Below are positions 40,547-47,556 of a DNA stretch of 64,000 nt, one piece after another; within the stretch, counting starts at the first letter, position 1; each line of letters starts with the position of its first letter. Below the pieces are notes generated by a model, which was not told the origin of the DNA, did no database searches, and saw nothing but the letters and a program-made list of their open reading frames with translations. The stretch comes from an uncultured Solirubrobacterales bacterium (GTDB lineage Bacteria; Actinomycetota; Thermoleophilia; Solirubrobacterales; JBBDJG01). The stretch lies in contig CAVYJN010000013.1 in NCBI GenBank assembly GCA_963768885.1, positions 389 through 64,388 of the forward strand. Direction: 5' to 3'. The position numbers and the translations under genes were made by a program.

Positions 40547-40785
40547 TCCCGGGAGCCGCTTCCGAGGAGCTGCTGCCCACCGGCTACGGATTCGGCGACT
40601 ACGTGACCCGCCTCCTCGCGATCCGCGGGCTGAGGGGGCTCAAGCGTCTCGTCGAACATCTCGTCAGGATCGAAGCACCGGAGCTCCGGTACGGAGAGGA
40701 GTTCTCCCAAGACTTCGAGCAGGTCGTTGATGTGGTGATGGGCGAGCGTTCTCTTCGACTGTGAGGGCAGGTGATAGCGTTGCAT
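40543..40785 (-). CDS. hypothetical acidic small protein
   Basis: 80 aa. The ATG lies 6 nt after AGGAGG. A same-size ORF on the opposite strand (40516..40764) cannot be excluded from codon bias alone. Confidence 0.35.
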   Translation of the reverse strand: MQRYHLPSQSKRTLAHHHINDLLEVLGELLSVPELRCFDPDEMFDETLEPPQPADREEAGHVVAESVAGGQQLLGSGSRD

Positions 40786-40901
40786 GATGACCTCCTGTTG
40801 AAAGAAGGTTTAGAGCCTTTTATGCCAGATCACCTCGGGCGAGACGAAGGCCTGGGAGGTCGTGCGGCGACGCCCGCTGATATGGTTTTAGCTAACGCGC
40901 C

Positions 40902-41600
40902 ATGCAAACAATCGTCTTTTCAGATCGCGCTTTGACTCTTAGCGCCCGCGCGGGGGTCGTCGGCGCAGTTTTGCTTCTGATCGCGGATTTCGCTCTCTAC
41001 TCGCATTGGGGCGCCCTGCCGCCTGTATCCGACTCGGTGGCCGCTCTGCTCGGACCTCGCAAGGCAATTCTGTTGGCGACACCTGCCAGCCTGCTCTTAT
41101 CGAGCATCGTCTGTCCGCTGGTGGCGCTCCTTTATGCGGTTGGGGCCTGGCATGTCTATGCGCGCCTCAAAACCGCTTCTGCCAGAGGCGCCGCGATGGC
41201 GGGAATCTTATTTGCGCTGGTCGCCGTGATGAGTTGCGTGTTTCACGCGTTGTGGAGTCAATACGGCTTCATCCTTCAGTTTGCCAATCAGCAGCCTGTG
41301 CTGGCGAGCGATCTAGTCGGGACAGCCTCGAGTCACATGAAGCAGTCGCTCGACATCGCCACGCTCGTTGGGCTCGCGCAGATCATCGTCATGTTTGTAC
41401 TAGTGATTCAAGGGAAAACCACTTATCCGCGCTGGACGTTGATCTTCAATCCGTTTCTTTTGTACGCGATAGCAACGGCGATCCTTTCGCCGTATGCCAA
41501 TAGTCTACCCCATCCGTATGGTGCACTGATCCTGTCGGGTCTTTCTGAAGCCGCGATGGCGCTTTTTTTCGTGGTGTCGCTAGCGACGCTGCGTCGTTAG
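40902..41600 (+). CDS. integral membrane protein, unknown function
   Basis: 232 aa with about 6 hydrophobic helices. GC is clearly lower than the window average. Confidence 0.7.
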   Translation: MQTIVFSDRALTLSARAGVVGAVLLLIADFALYSHWGALPPVSDSVAALLGPRKAILLATPASLLLSSIVCPLVALLYAVGAWHVYARLKTASARGAAMAGILFALVAVMSCVFHALWSQYGFILQFANQQPVLASDLVGTASSHMKQSLDIATLVGLAQIIVMFVLVIQGKTTYPRWTLIFNPFLLYAIATAILSPYANSLPHPYGALILSGLSEAAMALFFVVSLATLRR

Positions 41601-41608
41601 TCGCGTGT

Positions 41609-41632
41609 CCTAAGAGTTCGCCTAAGAGTTCG
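41609..41632. repeat. perfect tandem duplication 2 x CCTAAGAGTTCG
   Basis: Read directly from the sequence, just downstream of the membrane-protein stop codon. Confidence 0.9.
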
Positions 41633-41967
41633 GGACGCCCATGAGCATAGCAGCGCAGGCGCATCTGCGTTGATGCGCTCCTCCTCCTCATGGATCAGTC
41701 GGAGATTCTCGGTTCAAACCGGACGTCGTGCTGAACGAGCTGACCGATCTGCCATCAAGCAGGTCCGCAAGAACGTGCGCGAGGTACGGCTCGAGGGCCC
41801 GTCGACCGATCGAGCGGCGGATAACCGCAGCATGCGCTATTAATCGCGTTGACGCTGAGGTCTGCCGCGCGTTATGGGACGCTCGCTCGGGTATCGTACC
41901 CGAGCTTCCCCGAGTCGACCTAAGGGGGGTCGTCTCACGGCTTGTGAAGCCCCGAGAGGAGCCGAAG

Positions 41968-42558
41968 ATGAAGCGCTCTGTCTTGGCGTTCATGGTGGCC
42001 GCCTCGCTCGTTGCCCTCGCAACCAGCGCACCAGCGGCGGACAGCTCTATTTCCTCGATGAACCGTCCGTTCTTGACGGGGACGTCCCAGCCCCCCCTGG
42101 CGCCCCCGCTGAGTGCAGCCTGGACGAACGGGACGAGCAGGGGCAAGACGAAGGTGCTCGGGAGCTGCAAGATATTGGTGAAGCTTTCGGGTGTCGCCCT
42201 GCCGGACTCCGATGGCGTCCCGGGAAGCGGCGACGAGGTGCTCTGCCTGATTGACCTCGATTCGACATTCGTCGATTTCCCACAAGCCGGTGGCCCGTTG
42301 GGCTTCGTCCTTCGCGGAGAGGTGAGAGGGGGGACGGTGAGGTGCTTCGCGAATCTCTTCGCAGAAGGAGCAGTCAGCTTCTTCTGCGCGAACCACGTCG
42401 TGCATAACCTTCGATCGACCTGCTACGAGCCGGACCCAGCCTACGCGCCGATTTTGGACGTTCCCTTCTATTCGGACGGAGCCCAAGGTCTCATCGAGGC
42501 TTACCCGCCTCGACCGGCTACGGGTCTGATCGCCGCAGACTCGGTGTTCTTCCCGTAG
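41968..42558 (+). CDS. secreted hypothetical protein
   Basis: ATG after GAGGAG. Signal peptide MKRSVLAFMVAASLVALATSAPA. 196 aa with several Cys. No family recognised. Confidence 0.6.
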   Translation: MKRSVLAFMVAASLVALATSAPAADSSISSMNRPFLTGTSQPPLAPPLSAAWTNGTSRGKTKVLGSCKILVKLSGVALPDSDGVPGSGDEVLCLIDLDSTFVDFPQAGGPLGFVLRGEVRGGTVRCFANLFAEGAVSFFCANHVVHNLRSTCYEPDPAYAPILDVPFYSDGAQGLIEAYPPRPATGLIAADSVFFP

Positions 42559-42694
42559 TCGCCAGTGTTTGGTTCACTCGTGAGACGTGACGCCGTGTCA
42601 ACACAAAGTAGAGATGTCGGCTTTACGGTGGTGAGGGCGCAGGAGTCCGCGGAGCAGAGCCGGCGCCGATCCGGTGCTTCTCGCGTCAGGACAT

Positions 42695-42905
42695 TCAGGG
42701 TTGATCGACGGGCACGTAGAAGCCGCGAAGCTCCCGGCCGAGCTTCATGACGAGCAGTCCCGCGAAGTAGCGGAGAACGAAACCGGCGTCCTTGCCGGTC
42801 ATGCTCGCGACGAGGTCGGGCCGCACGTGATCGCCACTGGTCGGGCGGGGAAGCGACGGCTTGATGACGACGGCGCTCTTGAAGCGGCCCTTGTGGCGGA
42901 TGGTG
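42695..42905 (-). pseudogene. startless gene remnant, unknown family
   Basis: The open frame ..IRHKGRFKSAVVIKPSLPRPTSGDHVRPDLVASMTGKDAGFVLRYFAGLLVMKLGRELRGFYVPVDQP* begins right at the DUF4404 stop codon and has no plausible start. Confidence 0.3.
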
Positions 42906-42908
42906 AGG

Positions 42909-43187
42909 TTAGATCCCTATTCCGGCGAGCGCGTCCGCCATCCTGTTGATTGCGCTCGTTAGCCTCGGGTGCGTGCTCTCGAAGGCTCCGACTGCCTCAC
43001 GCAGCCGCTCGATGATCGACTCGGGCTGCGCGCCCGGCTTCTGCTTGCGCTCGAGCAGGTCCTCGATGTCGCCGAGCACGCTGTGCAGCAGCTCGCGCGA
43101 CCGATCGTCGATCGTGTCGGCGCCCTGGAGCTCGGTGTGGAGCTGCTCCAGCATCTGGCGCAGGTGCTGTTCCCGCATGCCGGCCAT
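42909..43187 (-). CDS. DUF4404 family protein
   Basis: 92 aa, MAGMREQHLRQMLEQLHTELQGADTIDDRSRELLHSVLGDIEDLLE...HPRLTSAINRMADALAGIGI. Confidence 0.8.
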   Translation of the reverse strand: MAGMREQHLRQMLEQLHTELQGADTIDDRSRELLHSVLGDIEDLLERKQKPGAQPESIIERLREAVGAFESTHPRLTSAINRMADALAGIGI

Positions 43188-43252
43188 GCTACCCGAAGCG
43201 GCGCATGCGGGTCGAGGTGGTCAACAGCCGGGATGTTCGCGACGTTCCCGCT

Positions 43253-43645
43253 TCAGGAGTGGTGCTCCGCCTCCTCGGCCTTCTCGGCCTCGGCCTTGGT
43301 CTTGTGCACCGTCCCATCCGGATGATTCGGGGGCGAGTACAGCGTATACAGCTTCAGGTCCGTCGTCTTCGAGGCGTTGATCACGTTGTGATACGTGCCC
43401 GCCGGGACGACGACCGCATCCCCGTCGCGCACCACGCGCTCCTCCTTCTGGTCGAGGACGAAGCGGGCCTCGCCCTGCTCGATGCGGAAGAACTGATCCA
43501 CGTTCGGGTGCACCTCGTTCCCGATCTCCTCGCCCGGGCGCAGCGACATCACCACGAGCTGGGCGTGCTTGCCGGTGAACAATACCCGCCGGAAGTACGT
43601 GTTCTTCACCGTCTGCTCTTCGATTGGTCCCGTGTAGCCGATCAT
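43253..43645 (-). CDS. cupin domain protein
   Basis: 130 aa. ..GEEIGNEVHPNVDQFFRIEQGEARF..VVVPAGTYHNVIN.. Strong RBS (AAGGAGGAA). Confidence 0.85.
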   Translation of the reverse strand: MIGYTGPIEEQTVKNTYFRRVLFTGKHAQLVVMSLRPGEEIGNEVHPNVDQFFRIEQGEARFVLDQKEERVVRDGDAVVVPAGTYHNVINASKTTDLKLYTLYSPPNHPDGTVHKTKAEAEKAEEAEHHS

Positions 43646-43672
43646 GGTTCCTCCTTGCCGGTCGCGGTGTAC

Positions 43673-43981
43673 TCAATTGCAGTACGTTTCGTTCCCCCAC
43701 TTCTGGCAGGCTCGTGGGTCCGCGCCGACGTTCTGGAGATCGAGGCGGAGGGGCCGCTCGGGCACCGCGCGGGCGTCGAACAAATCGCTCCCCTGAAGCA
43801 GCGACCGTGGCCGCAGAACTCTGGAGTAGGTGGGCTCGGGCACTCCTTGGGTGCCCATCAGCACCTGGCTCCCGCCGACGTCGCATTCGAGCTGGGTCCC
43901 GAACCATCGACAGGCCCCCGAGGCTTGCGGCGTAGCGCCGAAGAGACCGAGGGCCATCAGAGCGAGCAGGAATCGCTTCAT
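43673..43981 (-). CDS. small secreted cysteine-containing protein
   Basis: Signal peptide MKRFLLALMALGLFGATPQASGA, and 4 Cys in the mature part (CRWFGTQLEC...CQKWGNETYC). Confidence 0.6.
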   Translation of the reverse strand: MKRFLLALMALGLFGATPQASGACRWFGTQLECDVGGSQVLMGTQGVPEPTYSRVLRPRSLLQGSDLFDARAVPERPLRLDLQNVGADPRACQKWGNETYCN

Positions 43982-44351
43982 CGCGCCTTCTCAATACGGC
44001 TCGGAAGAAGCGGGCCGGAGCGCCGGCTTGCGCTTGCTCCGTAGGTCCGCTCGTGGGAGCCGTTAGCGCGGGCGAATGGCGGAGATGCGTCGACCCTACG
44101 CCCCTGGCGTGACGACCGCAACGAGCCGTTGGCAGGCCGTCGTGGGTCACGAGTAAATTGTGATCCGCTGCTTCGTGACGAATGCTCCGTGATGGTGCGT
44201 ACGCACACATACGCACGTAGCGCACGACCGGGAGAATGAGCCGCTTCGCGACGCGTTCATTCGACGCCGCCCTCGAAGGCCACGACGAGATCGAGCAGCC
44301 CCGCGGCCTCCCAGGTCCGGTTCCGCGCCGCGTAAGTGAGCTTCTGACTGG

Positions 44352-44388
44352 GTCTTAGTAAAGGATGAGCGTCATCCTTTACTAAGAC
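44352..44388. repeat. perfect AT-rich palindrome, 17-bp arms and 3-nt loop
   Basis: GTCTTAGTAAAGGATGA-GCG-TCATCCTTTACTAAGAC. It lies in non-coding DNA between a gene-tail-like remnant and the FAD oxidoreductase stop codon. Confidence 0.9.
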
Positions 44389-44471
44389 GGCGCCACAAGG
44401 TTCTTCCCAAGTCGCCTCCGGCCGGCCTCGAGCAGGCGGCGGAGCTGCGGTTCCAGCAGCCGCCTCGGTGC

Positions 44472-45782
44472 CTATTGGACCAGCCGATCCACCCGGCGAT
44501 CGATCGCCGCAAACGTGCGCACGAGCCCCTTCGCCACCAGCCAGCGGAGCGGCTCGGGCGGCATCGGGACCTTGCGGTGCCCCCACAGCACGCGCCCAGG
44601 CCCGTCGCGCCCGAGGAGCAGGTCGGCGATCATGGTGCCCGCGTAGCTCGCCATCGCGATGCCGTGGCCGGCGTAGCCGGCGCTGTAGAAGACGTTCCGG
44701 TGGGTTCCGGTCACGCCGACGGCGGGGAGGAAGTCGAGCGCGAACGCGATCGGCCCGCCCCAGCGGTGGGTGACGGCGACGTTCCGGAGCGCGGGGAAGC
44801 GATCGCGGAACGCCGCCTCCAGGAACGCGAACGTCGCCGGATCGTCGGGCAGCGCCCGGCCACGGAAGCCGTAGCGCACGGTCTTGGCGCCACCGACGAT
44901 CCGGTGATCGGCGGTCAGGCGATAGCTCTCGAGCATCTCGTGCGCGGTGTAGATGCCCTCGCGACCGCGCCATCCGATCGCGGCCCGCTCGGCCGCCGCG
45001 AGCGGCGCCGTCGCGAAGAGGTACACGTGGAAGCGCGCGATCGTGCCGCGGAGCCAGCCGAGCGCCGGCGTCCACGCGTTCGTCCCGAGGACGACGACAC
45101 GCGCGCGGACGCGGCCGTACGGCGTCCGGAGAAGGGCCGGCTGGCCCTCGTCGAGGTGCACCACGGGCGTCCGCTCGAACACGCGGGCGCCCGACGCTTC
45201 CGCGACGCGCCGGAGGCCGCGGACGTACCGTCCCGGATCGAGGATGCCGCCCCGGCGCATGAGGAGCCCGCGGGTGAACGCCGCCGGGAGCTCGCGCGCC
45301 CGCATCGCGTCGGGCTCGAGGAGCTCGGCATCGAGCCCGAGCGCGTGCGCGGCCCGCGCCGCCTTGTCCAGGACCGCATGCTGGTGCGGGTGGACGGCCG
45401 CCATCAGGTTGCCGACGGGCTCGTACGCGCAGTCGATCCCGTGCTCGGCGATCGTCCGCTCCACGTGCCCGATCGCGAGCTCCACGAGCTCGACGAGCGC
45501 GCGCGCGCGCCGGCGGAAGAGGAGCGCGAGCGTCGGCAGGTCCTTCCCGATGACGGGGGTCAGGTGACCGGCGTTCCGGCCGCTGGCGCCGTAGCCCGCG
45601 TGCTCCTGCTCGAGGACGACGACCGAGTGACCGGCGGCGCGGAGGGCGATCGCGGTCGAGAGGCCGGTGAAGCCGGCGCCGACGATCGCGACGTCCGTGT
45701 CGAGGTCGGTGCTGAGCGGAGCTGCGTCGGCGACGGCGCCCTCCATCCAGAAGCTGTCGGCCGTGAGCGGGGCGGAGGGCAT
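44472..45782 (-). CDS. FAD-dependent oxidoreductase (DAO family)
   Basis: Intact 436 aa. [18 protein letters not shown] dinucleotide fold, ..[11 protein letters not shown].., C-terminal ..GYAGHGIAMA.. Confidence 0.9.
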   Translation of the reverse strand: MPSAPLTADSFWMEGAVADAAPLSTDLDTDVAIVGAGFTGLSTAIALRAAGHSVVVLEQEHAGYGASGRNAGHLTPVIGKDLPTLALLFRRRARALVELVELAIGHVERTIAEHGIDCAYEPVGNLMAAVHPHQHAVLDKAARAAHALGLDAELLEPDAMRARELPAAFTRGLLMRRGGILDPGRYVRGLRRVAEASGARVFERTPVVHLDEGQPALLRTPYGRVRARVVVLGTNAWTPALGWLRGTIARFHVYLFATAPLAAAERAAIGWRGREGIYTAHEMLESYRLTADHRIVGGAKTVRYGFRGRALPDDPATFAFLEAAFRDRFPALRNVAVTHRWGGPIAFALDFLPAVGVTGTHRNVFYSAGYAGHGIAMASYAGTMIADLLLGRDGPGRVLWGHRKVPMPPEPLRWLVAKGLVRTFAAIDRRVDRLVQ

Positions 45783-45938
45783 GTATCCCCGTTAGGAGGA
45801 CTGGGGGCCAGGCATCCGTGTCCTGTACTCGACATGACCCTTCTGGTCCACGGTGCGACGTCGAGTCGCTCGCGAGCGACCCTCCAGCGGTGGTGTCGCT
45901 TGCTCAACCCGCGCCCGCTGCGCGCCGATACTATCCTG

Positions 45939-46463
45939 ATGCACGGATGGCGCCGGATCATGCCGCTCGGCCTCGTTTGCGCACTGGCGCTGACGAGGTG
46001 TGTGCCCCCGGACGCCGCCGGCAAGCCGCAAGCCCCGCGACCGACGGCCGCCGCGGCTGGCCGTCGGAGCTCGGCCATTGCCGCCCTCGAGCGCGAGGCG
46101 CATGAGCTGGTGAATCGGTACCGCAAGGCTCACGGGTTGGCGCGTCTTGCGCTCGACGAGCGCATCAGCGAGCAGGCGCGGCTGCACAGCGTCGCCATGT
46201 CGAAGGGCGCGGCGCCCATCGGTCACCAGGGATTCGAGAATCGAGTTCGTGTCCTGGCGAAGACCATGTCGTTCCAGCGGAGCGCGGAGAACGTCGGCTT
46301 CAATGAGGGGTTTGCCGACCCCGCGGCGGTGGCGGTCCGGGCCTGGCTGGAGAGCCGCACGCATCGGGTGAACATCGAAGGGCCATATGAGCTGACGGGT
46401 GTTGGCGTCGCGCGCAGCTCGGCCGGGGGCGTCTACTTCACGCAGATGTTCGTCGGACGGTGA
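45939..46463 (+). CDS. CAP (SCP/PR1-like) domain secreted or lipoprotein
   Basis: ..LVNRYRKAHGLARLALDERISEQARLHSVAM..HQGFENRV..ENVGF..AVRAWLESRTHRVNIEGPYELTGVGVA..YFTQMF. An alternative start is at 45960. Confidence 0.8.
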   Translation: MHGWRRIMPLGLVCALALTRCVPPDAAGKPQAPRPTAAAAGRRSSAIAALEREAHELVNRYRKAHGLARLALDERISEQARLHSVAMSKGAAPIGHQGFENRVRVLAKTMSFQRSAENVGFNEGFADPAAVAVRAWLESRTHRVNIEGPYELTGVGVARSSAGGVYFTQMFVGR

Positions 46464-46465
46464 GC

Positions 46466-47068
46466 TTACAGCGAGCCGGGGCCGGTGCGGATCGTTCGAA
46501 ACGTGATCGAGTAGCGGAGCGCCTTCGTCGGTGAGATCGCGTGCTGCCAGCGCCAGCGCGCATCGTCCCGCAACACGTACGCCGAGCGCGGCTCGAGGAC
46601 GAGCACGAGGGAGCGCTCCTTCCGGCGCTTCACGTGCGGGTAGGGCCGGAGACGCATCCGAGAGGGTGCTCCGAGCGAAACGCCGAAGACGACGCCGAAG
46701 TGCGGCACGTCGCGATGCCAGCCGAGCTGGGTTCCGCGCTCGTACTCCGCGACGCTGCACTGCTGGAGCTCGTCCGCGGGAATCCCCGTCCACTGGGAGG
46801 CTCGCTCGCGCAGCGGATGCAAGAACGACGGAAGGGCTGCGGCGGGCAGGAGGACGTTCGTGTCGAAGTCGTATCCCGCGCCGAAGCTCACGATACGGCG
46901 CTTCGCGGTGAAGGCCTTGTAGCGCGCCTCCGCCAGCGGGAGCGTCGAGATTTCGGCGATGAGCGCCTGCTCCTCGGCGGGCGTGAGGAAGCCCGGTTGG
47001 TAGAGGAGTCCTTCGGGCAATCCAGCTGGACGATCGAACAGCTCCCGTTGATCGCACGCCGCGCGCAT
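46466..47068 (-). CDS. alkB: alpha-ketoglutarate-dependent dioxygenase AlkB
   Basis: Intact 200 aa. ..QCSVAEYERGTQLGWHRD.. (HxD), ..WQHAI..RYSITFR.. The layout is typical of AlkB. Confidence 0.8.
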   Translation of the reverse strand: MRAACDQRELFDRPAGLPEGLLYQPGFLTPAEEQALIAEISTLPLAEARYKAFTAKRRIVSFGAGYDFDTNVLLPAAALPSFLHPLRERASQWTGIPADELQQCSVAEYERGTQLGWHRDVPHFGVVFGVSLGAPSRMRLRPYPHVKRRKERSLVLVLEPRSAYVLRDDARWRWQHAISPTKALRYSITFRTIRTGPGSL

Positions 47069-47081
47069 CGGCGATCTGATT

Positions 47082-47095
47082 CTACTACGTACGCC
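47082..47095 (-). promoter_or_regulatory. variant of the recurrent motif (GGCGTACGTAGTAG) upstream of alkB
   Basis: The plus strand reads CTACTACGTACGCC, with its near edge 13 nt upstream of the alkB ATG. It has one mismatch to the TACTACGCACG core. Confidence 0.25.
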
Positions 47096-47216
47096 ACGCT
47101 ATGGCGCCGCGCGAGGGTGCACCGGAGGCAGTGGTTATGGCGACGTCCATTCCGGTATACGTTCCGCTCGAAGGTATGCGCGGGTCATCGCCGTGAGCGT
47201 TTCAGGGAGGTAGTCT

Positions 47217-47435
47217 GTGGCCATTCGTCCAAAGCGCAGCCAGTCGAAGTCCCGTGCGGTCCCCTGGACCCCGCGGCCTCTCACCGCCGGGCAGCTGAAA
47301 GCTATCGAGGCCGGACGTGCCGCGATTCGGCGTGGCGACTACGTGACGCTCGAGGACGCCGAAGCGTATGTGGCGCGTCAACATGCCAAATCACATCAAA
47401 GTCGCCGTCACGAGGTTCCCGCGAAGCGACGCTGA
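47217..47435 (+). CDS. possible type II antitoxin-like small protein
   Basis: GTG lies 6 nt after GGGAGG. ..LTAGQLKAIEAGRAAIRRGDYVTLEDAEAYV.. resembles antitoxin C-termini. It is followed by a ParE/RelE-like N-terminal stretch (IKVAVTRFPRSDADLARVGRAIARSDP) from ATG 47383. Confidence 0.35.
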   Translation: MAIRPKRSQSKSRAVPWTPRPLTAGQLKAIEAGRAAIRRGDYVTLEDAEAYVARQHAKSHQSRRHEVPAKRR

Positions 47436-47556
47436 TCTCGCCAGGGTCGGTCGGGCCATCGCCCGTTCTGACCCGCGGTGGGCCCACCCTGGCGCGCACG
47501 TAGCCGAGTGGCTCGTTACTGGCGCTCCGTCTCGAACCTGGGTTAGGGTCGCCGTC

